Source: Catajapyx aquilonaris (lineage: Eukaryota). From it: a DNA stretch of 64,000 bases. Positions 36,387 to 50,646 of the stretch are shown piece after piece; the stretch's first letter is position 1; each line of letters starts with the position of its first letter. Location of the stretch: the NCBI GenBank assembly GCA_000934665.2, contig JYFJ02001946.1, forward strand, positions 1 to 64,000. Direction: 5' to 3'. Below the pieces are notes generated by a model that worked only from the letters and a program-made list of their open reading frames with translations, searched no databases and was not told where the DNA came from. A program made the position numbers and the translations under genes.

Positions 36387-39300
36387 GCGCGCCCTTTTGG
36401 GTCAAGCCCTCCTTCAAGGAAAACCCATTTATGACTTAAGCACAATCATTTTGAAGCTCTATATAGATCAGCGGGGCACAGCTTTCAGGTCGCTTGATAT
36501 GATGCAGACCCGGCAGGGGTGTTATTACCTGGTTTAAACCACGTACAGAATCATGCCATACTTTTAGCTATACTGCTGACGATAATAGCAACTTCACAAT
36601 AATTGAATCAACAATAATTAGAAGCTACTATTAGCCTAGAGTTAAGCGTATAATGAACCCCCTGGTGTTTAGAGACAGTGTAATGACTAAATGGATTGTG
36701 ATCTAAAATTGACATGACTTGAATGCTCCATATTGTTGCAGCAATGTTTGATTTCAAAAATCAATATGAAGACTTATCGCAATATATTAATTCACAGGAC
36801 GATCGGTCGCATTTTAGCATTTAAAATAAGAGCTATTGGGCTTGCTATTGGGTATGATAATGATCGAGAGCAGACTCATGGTCAAACCAGTTTTTAAATA
36901 ACTTAAAGCAATCTGCAACAATATTATGCACAAATTGGTCGATGAAGCTTCAAGCTTTGATGAAGCGTCATATTTGGAAATTATACATATGTGACTTCGA
37001 TTGTTCTGCATTTTAGCTTTTTGAATAGCCATTCAATCAAACGGGGATTGATTGATTGATTAATATTCACGTATGCAAACAATACTACCCTCCTGGCCTA
37101 TAAGAACTGCACCATTATGGCGAATACTGAATTATTTCTGCGCAATGTATGGGAGCTAATTAACACACTTTGTCACAAGACGTTCACAATCCAGATTTTC
37201 AATTATACCGAAGTTCTTATCACTGTATAATTATGTAGTATACATCACAAAATATTCTTGATCGGTTTATTATTTTCAGGATTATTTCTTATGATTTTAC
37301 TGCGATTCTGATACGCAACAGTACAGCGCTTAAAAAATACTACAGTATAGCTTTGTGCGGTGAACATTACACGGCACTGCGTGCATTCAGACTGCATAAA
37401 GAGTAATCACACTGCCCAAATTATTTGCTCTCTTAACGCAAACAAAACTGTGCGTTTGGATGGATAATATTTCGGTTTATTCGATTTCTCCAGTTGAGAA
37501 CGTTTTTGTTGATCACATTAACAATCTCCGAAATCGACGAAAGAATTATTATCCTGATTTTACGGTATTAAGTTAATGCAGGTTGTTTCTCTTTGGATTA
37601 CCAACTTGAGCAAAGAAACACCCTGTATTTATTACAGCAATGATCAATAGGAGAGAGTGTTATTTCAAGTGAAAAAACACCTGTGCAGAAAAGTCTCAAA
37701 TATATTTAGGGAGATCTACGTAATTTATATTTCCTACTTTTTTCGAATTTTATATCGATCATAAATTAGGCTTAATGCTGAAGGCTTCTCTTACATGCCT
37801 CCAAATTTTTCTGCCTTGTATTACCAATGTGAACTATACCTGAATGTCTACAATAAACTTATGAGTAGTTGAGCTTTCCAATATTGCACTGATTGTCACC
37901 TTGTCTGGCAGTTACCATCACTTATTGAAACCTACTTCGTGATTGGGGAAACAGAAGTTACCATGTACAGTACATGGAAAACCGTCCCTCCAAGTTTTGA
38001 TAACGAAGCACATTGTACAATAATTGAAATTCCCATTGATTGGTTTTCAAACGATGGGTATAACTTATTATAACACTGTACTTCCAAAATATATTGAAGG
38101 TGAGGCGATTTTTACTGACATACTCGTATATAGATGTGAGATATAACGTGATACATTTGCCATCAATATGCACTTATTTTTCTCCAATAACCTGACCTAA
38201 GCATCGGAATTCCATCAGCTATGTGATTGGGCTCCTGACAAAATGGGGCGGAGTTGGCAGTTGCCAATAATGCTGAAAAGCAGATCCGCATAATTAATTT
38301 CCATCCGATGAATTCCAACTATAGTTGAACTATAGTTGGTGTCCTGTTTTCCTGATGCTGTGTGTATCCGAGAGTTTGTATGGGGCGGATCAAATTTTGG
38401 GGAGAGTGAGCCCTATTCTCCCCTGCTTTCCATCCCACCCACCCATCCCACCCACCCACCCATCCCCATCGAACCATTCCTCTACTAGTAGTACTAGCAT
38501 TCCAAAATCGAGCCAGCTATCTCGGTCGTGCATGGAAGGCCCCTTTGAGCCATTAGGCCATTTGCCGGGCCAGTGGGTCCCAAAGAGGGGGGCGCGGGGC
38601 CCCTCTTTGGCCCCCTTTGGACCGGGCCATCCAAGCGAGCGCCAGCCGTCAGCAGCGGCCGGCGCGTGTCAACAGATAATTTACGTCTCTTCATGCCAGA
38701 GCGCGCTCCCAGACACAGGACAAACACAGCTTGATTTGGGCGGGTCGATCAGAGGTCGGCTCTTCGGTGAGGGTTCAAACGGTGTGTGTTATACACAGGG
38801 AGGGGGGAGGAGGAGAGGGGAGGATATATACTGCGTCGGATGCACCGGATAAATATATGATGGCTATCAGAACCCATCCTAAAAATCCGACACAAAATTT
38901 TTGAAAATTGCAAAAAAAGGTTCGAGACAAGCATATCCTGGCGATATGCAACCAACAGCACTCTAGCAAGGTGAAAGTTACGGGAAATATTACGGAACTC
39001 TTGATCCAAAAATGTGGCAAAACCTTATAATCAACACGACAATTAAACAACTTTAATGAGATCGCCCGTCGATTTACCACGTAGTACTATTATTCTAGAA
39101 CAGATGGCGCACCATCCCTCTACACACTCCCGCCACTCTCAGGCCGTGCGAGAGAATGCGATACTATCAGGTAGGACAAACATCCGACGAAGATAAGCCT
39201 ATTAGGAGAAAGATTATTGCAGTGTGGATGGTTATACAGCATGAAGTAATGCAGCCAAATTAGTTTCCTGCTCGATTAATTGCAATATTGTCTCAAGAAA

Positions 39301-40822
39301 TCTTTGATTAAGCGGATTCCACAATGATTATGATAATAGCATTTCGAAATCACTCGTTACCGAATGGTTCGTTCTGCATTTCAAATAGTAAAATCTGCTC
39401 ATGTTGTGCCCGAAAATACTATTCGGCTGTACCCTCCAGCAGTATGTATGTGTCCCGTGTGTTACAGGTGACCTACCTAACTTTTTTACAAGCAATGGTA
39501 GCAGTACTGACTCGTTCGCATAAACTAGAAATAATGTCGACCGTCACCTATGCAGATCGAAAACACAACAAATATTAATGGATTTCGTGAATGCAGATTC
39601 CTCCAGATCTCTCTGTGGGTATATGCTGAAACTGATCATGTTTTGGTTCGGTCAGTNTTTTTGGATCCTCCGGGCCGCCAAACTTTTTGATGGGTCGACC
39701 TCCCAGTTTTCAATTGTTTATGGGTTAATTAGCTGAATGCCCATGGCGGGTTTTCCGATAAGCCCCCTCTGGACTCATCCCTCTCGCTTAAACCAACCGG
39801 AAGAGATCAGACGAGTTCATCCTGATAGGATTGATTGGTGTCAGCCACCAATTTTTCAGGGGCGGCTTCCTATCACCACCAGATTTGGCGGGGGATTTTC
39901 CTTCACAGAGAGCGAGAGACTTGTGCAGTTTTCCTAAAAAGGGTGGCCCACCCTCCCACCCACCTAGGAAAGGGGGGGGTGAGGTTGGGTGGGGTCCTCT
40001 CCTCTTTTGCTGTCTCGATCGCCCGCATCAGCTTGCAATCGACTCGGAGGCTTATCTCGGCGCGAGGAGCCATCGCGCTGGATTAACCGCTCCGTTGCTC
40101 ACACTTTTCAACGCGGGGGCGGGGGAGGGAGGGCTTTTTGTTTTGGGAGGAGGGGGGGGGGAGGGGGCACAAATCCAATCGGAAGGGGGGGAGGGGATCA
40201 GCAGGGAGATATAAATTAATGGGGCCCTTTTGTGGTTTTACGCATGCCTGTTTATTCGTTGTTGTCGCCAATTTGCGGAGATGGCATTTTGCGAATAATT
40301 TCGGGAGGATGGCTTGGCCACCAGCAGGACACGGGTCACTATATACCACGGGTTTGTTGCAAGTTGGGTTAATTTTGGAGGGTAATGTTGCTCTCTTCAT
40401 CCAAATCTTACCCTGTGCAGTAGGCCTACACATAACTCTATTGATGATGACATGTCACACTATGCTTCAAATGTGGAAATACAGTACTACGAGTAGGCCT
40501 ACCTGTACTTATGGGTGCAAACAAACGGAAATAAACTGGAATATGCCACTCATGGCGGGCCATATTTTGCAACCATTGAACAATTTATTTGATTGGAGGC
40601 CGGCAACAAAGGCATAATTATTACCATGGGACTGACTTGTGAGAGCAGGCTACTGCCGAGAGAGACGTGTGAGAGTAAAAACGTCCGACAGGTAACTTAT
40701 AGAAAGCAATGAGCTGTGTTTTATTAGTGAATCAAATTAACAACTGCTGGTGACAGGAAAATCTAACGTCAGAATGTGCCAATATATAAAAATATATTTG
40801 AAACTTATGCGTCCACGGATGT

Positions 40823-41096
40823 TAAGGTCCCGGGTTCGATCCCAGCCCGGGGTTCCCCCCTTCGTCTCGTGCAGAGTTGGGCCATCTCTGGCTTCGTCTC
40901 GGGTGGAAATTTCCACTAGACTAATCCACCCGGGGGAGTTCACAAAATGACCAATATGCGACATTGCACTTGCACTTTGCACATCCCCTCTTATTTACCC
41001 ACAAAATAACATATATACATTATATGGTTCCAAAAATAGTGGTATTCCACTCCCCTAATAAGGGCCCAAGGCCTGAGAATGGGGTACTGTAAAAAA
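40823..41096 (+). mobile_element. 5'-truncated tRNA-derived SINE
   Basis: B-box ggttcgatccc at 40833 followed by a non-tRNA body. The 3' end is approximate. Confidence 0.55.
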
Positions 41097-41701
41097 CATT
41101 ACCTCAATATAAGCCTTGTACAGTATATACATGCTGTAATGATTAGACAATTTCTACTAACATCAATCACTGTACATACTGGACATTTTTAGCTAGATAA
41201 AATGGTTTTATCAAATCAGGGGGTCAGCATTTATTAAGCTGGTTTTATCAAATCAATCTTGCTGATAATTTTTATTTGGCCATTGCTTGCGTAAATATTG
41301 ATGAAACGTTATAATGATCATTCATTGTAAATAATTAAAGGGTATTTAGCGCCTACATGTTAGCTAAGCTCTAAGCAGGCCTTGAAGGTTGTATTACCCT
41401 ATCAGGAACCTTATGTCTATATATGAATCAAACAATCCATAATATTATTAAGACAGTGCTTAGCTAATTAAGAAAACTGTCTACAGTATTTTCCTACATA
41501 TAGTGCATGTCTGATCAAATAGATTAGCCCCGCAATGGGTATTCAAAATAAACGCAAGCAAATAAAATAACTGAAATTTTGTTAGAACATATCGATACGG
41601 TATATTGTAACAGAGGCTTCGCTGCCCGTGTAGTATAGGATACATCGTCAGAACAAGCGATCAAGGGTGGAGATAGGACCCGACAACCTTCCTCCTAATA
41701 C

Positions 41702-41703
<2 letters not shown>

Positions 41704-41753
<50 letters not shown>
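41704..41753. repeat. (AG)n microsatellite
   Basis: Direct reading. Confidence 0.95.
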
Positions 41754-41758
<5 letters not shown>

Positions 41759-44700
41759 ATTTATTGCCGCTCAGGCAACAAACCACTACCGGAAGACAAA
41801 AGGGGAGGGTAAAAAAAGGAGCAGGCCATCGCATTTCCTGCAATGATTGATCTGACTGGCTGCCTGGTACAGCGCACCCGGTTTTTAAGTCAGAAATACT
41901 GTATCACCTGTCTTCTGATCAGTATGCCACGGGGGACAACAAGAAGCTCATGGAGATCCAGAGCGCCCCCATCAGGCTCTATAGGGGGGAGGGGTTGGTT
42001 GGGGGTGGGGGGGGGGGACGAAATAATGGAGAGGGGGGCAAAGAGCCGTCCCATGTTGGCTTATCGGGATGACTGCCTGCCTGCCTCACCTGCTTGCCTT
42101 CGCGACTTCCACAAGCCACCTGCGGTGACCTCCGACCATTCGCATTCCCTCCCTACAGCTGCCTGTCTGCCAAACTACTATAGCTTTACTTGGACTCACG
42201 TTAATGTTCCATTTCTTTCCTGTTCGGTTGGGGCACGTGCCAGCTACTGTGTCTGCCACCATTATACACGTGACACTCATTTTACGCAATTTTTTAGAAT
42301 ATGCCGCCCAGCACATCAATGTGCAAAAGTTTTTTTTAAAAGAGGATTTAACTTCTTATCTAACTAATACAAATAACCTCTTGTAGAGTATGATTATGAA
42401 TATTAAATGTAGGCTACTGATCGCCATTTTTCATGGTCACTAGTCCCATAGTAACTACACACAATATTCGCTCTGCTTATATGAAAGTTGCCTGTTGTGT
42501 AAATATGCAGCTCGTATAAAGATCAAACCAAAATGTCGTTTCATGTTGCACTCGGAGAAAAGAAAATACATAAATTCAAATGTAGGCAAAAAAAAATTAT
42601 AATCTCAAATGGCAATTAACTGTTCACGAGGAATAGGGTTCAGCCTACACATGTGACCCCATATTATGAGATCACACAGTTTCATAATAACGAAAATTTG
42701 CAACATAATTATCATCATTCGAAATTTTTGTTGTAATTATGTATGTATGTACTAACATTACATTAAGACGATCTAGCTGTGGTATGTGACACGCATCAAA
42801 ATAATTTTCCGGTTCCATAACTTCTTTCTTGAACTGGGGACTTGAGTTGTTCTCATTTGCATAATGCTCTTCACTGCACAGTATTATACGTATATAACCT
42901 TTGATAGGTTGCAAGCATATATATTTTCTCTTTCAGTTCACTTCTCCTTTTTCTTCTCCGAGTTTGTGTATGGAGTTTGTGGTACTTTCCGCAGCAGATG
43001 GTCATTACCTGTACATGCCTAGCAGAGTCGCAGTAAACCAAGTGGAGGTGTGCGCCATCACATAAACTATTGATTAGGCGTCCTCGTTTAACTCTGGTAA
43101 TGGTGCTGAGAGCGCCTCGGTTGATGAGTCCGTCATGTCGACCCGATAATTCGCATCTTGTCTGTAAGTAGTGCTTGCATCACCAGTGCTGTCTGGTGTC
43201 GGACACCTGCTCCACCACCACAAAAGGGTTCCGTAAATCCTTCTCTTCTAAAAAGGGTGCGCTTCTCCCAAAAGACCACAACTTTTAAATCAGCCTCTAG
43301 CCATCTTCACCAGGATCAAGCCCCTTTTTTATCATCAAAAAGTGCCCGTTTTTGGGACAGGAATTTGTGGTTCTGGCCTGAAGCGAATCGTCACGGGTGG
43401 GCCTTTCTGTATATGCCAAAAAATAAAAGGATGACGTTCATGCGCGGTAGGCTTATCATAAGGCATTGCAGGTGCACAGTTATCGCTGGGAGATTGCAAC
43501 TTGGCTTGTGCCAATATGTGCAAGTTTGCTAATTGCTATGAGGGGTCCATTATATTCGCGGATCCGCTTCGTGTTTGCTCGGCTTTTTATTTTCCGAGAT
43601 AAAATATTCGGGGGTAAAAAATCAAACTGACCCAGATTTAGGAGCTTTACAGCACATTACTGAAAATTTAATATTCTAACTCTACTCGGCCTTAGCAACA
43701 GCCTTAGAACTGTTTTATAGTTTTAATGGAATAGATTTGTACTAACTAATTAACGCCATTATCATAGCTGATGACTCAGATCAATCTCACAGTCAGTAAA
43801 AAATGGTATAGGTTCTACAAGAGAGGAAATACAAATAAAGTTCATACATTTAAAAATAAAATGATAAATATCAAAACTGTTTCGTTGAATAAGAAAAAAA
43901 CGAGTAGCTACTTGTACTACGTATAATAGTACTTCCTGTCACATCCAGATCCAGTATATTGCAAAATTTTATCTATTTTCTATGGGCGGTTTCCAAGCAG
44001 TTATGTGTTTTCTCTTATCTATTTTTCACAAACATTTGTTGACAAAGGAAACTGATAGTTGCGAGACGGCATTGCTGCAGTCACGTGAGTGCAATTTGGC
44101 TAATCCGGAGTCAATAGCTCAGTGAAAGCGAGACACCCGCAGGTCCGGATTTTGCCTACTGCAGTAGGACTTGCGAGAAGGTTTTTCCCCGAGAGATAAG
44201 AAGATGCTGCTGACGGGGCTTGCCCACTTAAGCCCTTCCTAATTAGTGGGGCCCCTTCTCTCCTAATGGTCCTGTAAGGGTGGGAAAAATGGGGCTCCTT
44301 CCCAGATAAGATGGCAGCACCTCACTCTCGATTGCATCGCGATCTTTTTTTCCTTTTCTTCTTTTTTTCGCACAGATCCTCAAGGGAGGGATTGACCAAA
44401 GAGTGGCGGTCCTTCGACCTCATGACCACCCGAGGACAAACTCCTTTGCACGCTAATGATCCACTTCCAGAGAGGGTTAAATGGGGCTTTTCAGACTCGC
44501 GAGTGCCGCTCCCGACAAGGGAGGGGAAAGGTAAGGGAAGAGGTGAAAAAAAAGAGAAAGAAGCCGGCATATAGGTGAGAGAGTGGTCCCTCACCTAAGG
44601 GATTTTGCCTCCGGTGGAAAACTCAGGAGCAATTATTACTATTGCCATTGTTGGACCAACCCCTCAGATTTTATCCACAGTCTGATGCAATCGCAATAGG

Positions 44701-45476
44701 GCGAGTAAAATGGAAGGGAGCGGGGGACACCGGGAGGCGGAAGATAAGCATTAATTTCTCACCAACTCTTTTAAACATCAATGTTCCCTTGGCCTACCAC
44801 CATCTTCACACACATGGATAGATGGCAAAGGGTGATACGTTTGGAGCATTTTATTATACCTAGCATTTATGACGCCAACGTTGCACCGCACTATGTTTTT
44901 ACCCACGATCTGCCAGGATATGCCGTACAAAGTGACATTTAATCGTCACGATTTTGTGCATATAAGGCTGTGGATAAGTAAAGAAGATGCGTTCTATTTT
45001 GGGAAGTTTCCTGAGTTCATTGATATGTAGATACAACCGAAACAAGCCACAGTCTATTTTAAGGGCTAGAACACCTAACACGGTAAGAAAACTGAATAAA
45101 AGCTTTCTATACGTGGCAACAGCTTTCCATAAATTAGTTTCTCACTCATACAACTCCATATAACAACATATACTAACAATAACATGCAGATAATAGGCCA
45201 TTGAAGAAAGTAATTCCATGCACCATGTACAGAGAAACAATATTTTAATTACGCCAGCTAAGAGCAGTTTATTTGAAATATTTCGGATTCAGGGTGTTAG
45301 GAAATACGATCTCACTGACCTTTTTTGGGTAAATTAATTTCAACTGCTGTAGGGCCTCCATAAATAAAAACTGCTGTCGTAGTCCTCGTCACTTATCATC
45401 ACGACCTTCACCTCCATGAGAAAATTAATTACTAATCAGGAGATGCAAGATACCAAAATTATCCCTAATAAATAAC

Positions 45477-45480
<4 letters not shown>

Positions 45481-45517
<37 letters not shown>

Positions 45518-45786
45518 TATAATAATAATAATGGATACCCCGTGATAGGCCTTGGGCCTCTTAGGGGATCATCTTTTGAATACCCGACTTTAATTATTTG
45601 CCTGTAATGTGATGGATTTTGATTGCGGGAGGAAACGGGAGAACCCCGAGAAAACCCACGCGAACACGGAGAGAACCCATCGAAACTCTATCCACATAAG
45701 TATCCTCCGTCCGATCCGGTGATCTAACTCGGGACCTTAGAAGTGGAAGGCTGTGGCGCTAACCACTCCGCCACCGTGTCGCCCGG
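45481..45786 (-). mobile_element. Full-length tRNA-derived SINE with an (ATT)n tail
   Basis: Minus-strand A-box tggcggagtgg and degenerate B-box gagttagatcacc. Tail at 45481-45531. 14-bp TSD aataaataacataa at 45467-45480 and 45787-45800. Confidence 0.88.
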
Positions 45787-46420
45787 AATAAATAACATAA
45801 CTATTATGTGAAATTTTGTGACAATAATACAGACTAGCAATCAATAAGAACTCCGAAAAAACCATGCCATCACAATCTAAACGTGATACTGCGACCTTAT
45901 TAACATATTACCAGCAGATATGCTCATGGACCATGGCTCCTAACTGCATAAATTAAAAGCATATTAAGCTAAATTGTGTAGCATTACGTAGCAAGCAACG
46001 GCATTTAAACTTGACAATTATGAAGGATTAGAGGGAGAAATTATTTTTGTACCTATCTTTGGAACTGCTGTGGACTTCATAACCCTACTGTTAGGCCTAC
46101 ATATCCATAATAGGCTACTTCATATTGTGCCTGTGTGTGCATGACGTACTTTTCTGATGCGTACGGACCAGCTCCAGTAACTTATCAACTGAGGCGAAGG
46201 CAATAAAAAGAGTTAGAATCTTCTGGCATCATCAGAGTGAAATACAGTAGCCAAATACAGTAATAAGGACGGCTTACTAAATCAAAGATGGCGGGTGATT
46301 TTCACCGAGTGACGCGGGCCACCTGTCGGCGACGGGGAGAAAACAAGACATATTGGAGCACTGTTCGAAGAGCGATCGCTTGTAGATCGAACGCCGCCTG
46401 TCCCGACACCACCGACGACG

Positions 46421-47219
46421 ATGGACGCCAGCGACGCCTCCTTCGACGACGCCAGCAGCGAAGGGTAAGGACCGGGGATTGCGGGGGACGCTCTGTACGA
46501 GCTCATTGGGCCTCCGGTTTGGGTTGGCAGGTCGGACACTACCCTGGGCGACTTTGACCTTGGCGAGATCGACTCATCTGCTTTGGTTGACCCGACGACT
46601 CCGGAGGATGAGGGTCAGGATGAAGAGGTCGAAATGGGCGAGGAGGAGGAGGAGGAGGCGTCCGGTGTGATTATTGTTGACCCGGTCGAAATCCCTATCT
46701 CGCGGGAATACCACTCAAGGATGAGGTGAGAGGGGGAGGTCATTGACCTCTGCCACATAGTGTTCCATTGGAAGTGTCCGTCCCCTCAGTGGCTACTAGG
46801 CTGCAGCTATTCTTGACACTATTAGCTTAGCTGATATTGGGTCTCAGCAAATGGCGTAGCCAGAAAAGCGGAGTCAGGTGCATTTAATGCAAAGTGAACA
46901 TACCATATAGTAATATCACAGTGTAAATGTGTAATTAATGTGGCCTCTTCAACAACAGCAGCAGCGGCAGCAGCAGCAGCAACAACAGTAATAAACTACA
47001 GGATATTGATTAACCTTAGCATTAGTTTCCTGCATTTGTGAAAATGTATGCATCCTTTCCAGTATTGCAGAACAACAAATTCGTGATAATTGCAAATGCA
47101 AGTAGCCCATAAGATTAGTGTAAGTATAGCTGTACGAAAATAACAACTTAAAAATAAGCACCTTAATGCAAAAAATATTGCTATCCACTGCTGACACGTC
47201 CATATTTATTATGATGATG

Positions 47220-47273
<54 letters not shown>

Positions 47274-48935
47274 GAAAGCCATGTACAGTACATTCTCTTG
47301 CAGGAATAATAATGAGACCCTTACCGTTTCAGAAATGCTCCTGTGGTGGTGGCAACCATAGAAGAATTTGTGCTTAGTGTGGTGCAGGCTTTCTCGGCCG
47401 GGACTGCTCCGGTTGTCATCGTGCAGAGCAGACTCTGCACCTGGGAGAATGGAGCCCCCACGTATGAGTGCAATGCCACAATATTATGCCAAACATTTAT
47501 CCCATTTATACTGTATACACAGCCCGTTTGGAAACGAACCTGCTGTACTGTACCACGCACGTCCCCGACACCTGTACATGTCCTTTATATTGTTAAATTT
47601 CCCTTTTTCAGACCACTTCTTTCCCGAGTTTCTTTCGCAAGAACGCGGAGCAGGTGTCATTTTGCTCTCCTGATACATTACCTAGGTAAACTGCACGAGA
47701 TTGCGCAGAAGAAAGAAATATGCACTCGCAGGTAATGTGTGAGAGCGGTATAAGTACGCATTCATTATTTCATGTGTTCAGTGCATCTCCTTCCTCCCAG
47801 GGAGTTTTTCTACCGGTCAGCCAGAATTTTTGGCAAGCAGATGGTAGTGGACATGCTGACCAGAGAGGCCAGTTTCGTGTTGAGGATCCCAAGGGCTGCT
47901 CTTCCTCTTGTGGCCACTGCCAAAGGGCTTGTGGCTGGCGACCTCGTCTTCATGGACAACCAAGGGACAATCATCAACTGCAAGGAAGCCCAAGGGAGTA
48001 TGTCTCCGTGCCAAGTACAGTTGCGGAATTGAAATTTTGAAATAATACCGGTATCTTATTATTAATTCACAGGTGTTCTCATACCGAGTGACATCGAAGG
48101 GATGATCGTGTTGCAGTCTGCAGCACGGTTTGTGCTTGTGATTGAGAAAGACGCTACCTTTCAGCACCTGATTGCTGAAAAATTCTTGGAGCAATGGGGG
48201 CCACTCATTATGATTACGGTACGTTTGCATTATGGGGTGTACCTTACTACATCTGCACAATCATACAAATTCCCTACCAATTATTTCGTCTCGCACGTCG
48301 CACTAACCTGGTCTCCGAACACTATAGACACCCATGTTGACTCTCTGGCTTTTCAGGGTAAAGGATATCCAGATTACGCCACCAGGAGATTTCTCCGGAT
48401 TGTGTGGGACTACCTGCAGATTCCAGTGTTAGGACTGGCAGATGCTGATCCGTGTGGTGCTCACATACTCAGCATTTTTAAATGCGGCTCAGGCGTAAGT
48501 TTGTCATTTGGTCATACTGATACGCGGTATGACAGTAAGGTGATTTGTTATTTTGGGCAGGCCATGGCCTGTGATGTGGACGTGTTGGCCGTACCTTCCC
48601 TTTGCTGGCTGGGATTCCTTCCAGCAGATGTAGAGCATCTGAAGCTGCCCGAGACGGCCCTCATGCCCCTCACCGACAAGGACATACAGGTTGCAAGAAG
48701 TTTGCTTCATGGCCCCTTGCAGCACATGCCTTCGTGGAAATTGCAGGTTAGTGCATTTGTGCAATGCTGTACATTCGACTGCATCGTCTGACCTTTTTTT
48801 TTCAATCGCCAGATCAAGAAACAGTTGGACCTAGGATGCAAAGCGGAGTTGGAAGGGTTGAGTTCGTTGTCGCCAAACTTCCTGGGCCTCAAGTATCTCC
48901 CGTTCAAACTGAAACATCAAGACTGGTTGGTGTAA
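46421..48935 (+). CDS. SPO11: Meiotic recombination protein Spo11, multi-exon
   Basis: Catalytic-Tyr motif CTR|REFFYR (47801 exon). AKGLVAGDL. Toprim VLVIEKDATF, ITG|KGYPD and DADPCG. C-terminus KAELEGL...YLPFKLKHQDWLV* (stop 48933-48935). Exons join in frame from the ATG at 46421, though the start is less certain. Confidence 0.95.
47221..47273. repeat. (TTG)n microsatellite in a Spo11 intron
   Basis: Direct reading. Confidence 0.95.
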
Positions 48936-49339
48936 AAAAAGTTGTACAAATTAGCATCGTTGATGTTAGTGCGACAGTGTTCACGTTATGTTTGCTGCTG
49001 AAATTAGCAGTGTTGCGCCTTGAAAAAAAACATTATGTTTTGTTATGTCTTGGATTCATGTTGGATAATTTTTTTGCAATGAAAGTTTTGTTGTTCAGTC
49101 CCGCAGCCTTTTTTATTTCTGAAGGAGGGCCGCAGGAAAGTGCCAGAGGCGATGGAAAATCTATTGGATATGGTATAGCCCCCAGAGATGTCAGGTTTCC
49201 ATTAGCAAATTATGACACGAGAAGTTCTCATCTCACATTATTATTTTATTCTCATTCAATTATTGCTCTCTTAATCTATACTATAATAATACTCAGTCCT
49301 AACACATCTAACATGTTATCATTCTGTTACTCTCAATAA

Positions 49340-50050
49340 ATTCATTCTCTTGTCGTCGTATACGTATGTCGCTCAATGCTGCACTTCTTATCGCTGAGTC
49401 TCGAGCTCTTCTTTTTCTTCTCCTTGGCCTCCTTGGCCAGTCGGGGTGAGTCTGTTTGTGCACTTGTCCTCTCACAGCAACAGCTACATCATGTATCATA
49501 ATAATCAACCAAGAACCAGTCGCTTTATTTCAGTCTCTTTTTTTTACTGCCCGCGAAGTCTTTTATCGCTTTTCCACGTCCTCGACAAATGGTAGCCTGC
49601 GTTCCCTCTGGCTTACAAGTTAGTCTGGTGTTTTATTGAGTTGCCTAGGTGTGGCACTCATTGACTCGTCACACTCTCCCCCTCGATAAGGGCAGGTTGC
49701 CCTCGAATCTCGTGGAGTAGGCGACACGGGACTTGTCACTTCACTAACTTGTACCAGCACTTGCATATTTTTCAAAATTCCACAAAATAAAACGCCGCAA
49801 AAAACATAGCACGTACAGTACATGTTCATTAACACATAGTGGATGGTGCGACAATATTCGGACATATTTTTGGTACCACTTTCCGTCCAATATGTGAATG
49901 TCAGATATCGTAGAAATATTTTTCATTGTCCATGGATGATAAACACTTTTAATTCCTTTGAAGAGAACAGTAAAACAGTTACGAGGCTCTCTGGAATCAA
50001 TTATGTGGCATTTACTGTCGCTTTATGAGGTCCAATAAGTACCTGTAACA
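49340..50050 (-). pseudogene. Degenerate Cys/His-rich spliced ORF (copy A); paralogue at about 52880-53490
   Basis: Shared peptides YHPWTMKN/YHPCTMKN, CRTIHYVLMNMYCTCYVFCG/CRQTIHHVEMDMYCTCDVFCG and ATCPYRG/VSCPYRG. Stops and frameshifts in both copies. Confidence 0.45.
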
Positions 50051-50646
50051 CCCCATCTTATTTCATCTCTAAGAAACATGCAAATACAAAACAGGAATCC
50101 TACAACGATATTTTCAACATCAAACCTTCAAAAAAATCATTGTTACAACAAATTCACAAGATGTATTATCAAGACAACATTCGGACATGTGTTAGAACTG
50201 AGCATCTCAAAAATCACAAACAACATCTGTGCTCTTGTCGTGACTTACCTATATCATAAACAAACGAATAGTTGCCAATACAAGACACAGTTTACTAAAA
50301 ATGACCGAAAAAAGTACCGGTAATGCAAGTGTACAGTATAGATTTTGTTTTGAGTTGATTTTGAGTTGATTTCTTTGTATCTTTCCTACCCCGAAGGCAT
50401 GTCCGGCTTGGGAAACTCTGAGGTCATTAGTGTTGCCTGAGAGCCATGATTTTTTTTGTTCGCAGCATACTACACCCTCTTGCCTGATTGATTCTTCGAT
50501 TCGCTTCGATCCTTACCAATTACTTTGAATGCCCTACGCTCTCTCAAAAATTTTCTTCAATATTATATTGTCAAATCCCGCAAGATTTTAAAATTTGAAC
50601 TTCGTGTTCGAAGATCCCTTTACCTTTTTTTTGTTCTGTATTAGCG

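Noticed and set aside
40823..40860. tRNA gene
   Set aside because: Only a B-box/T-arm-like segment with no full cloverleaf. It continues into a SINE-like body.
36058..44594. ORFs of 100-175 aa upstream of gcm
   Set aside because: No domain signatures or exon chains. They coincide with GC-rich, probably regulatory islands.
6132..48935. Functional DNA-break gene cluster (53BP1 with Spo11)
   Set aside because: They are about 30 kb apart, separated by unrelated genes, and nothing in the sequence supports co-regulation.
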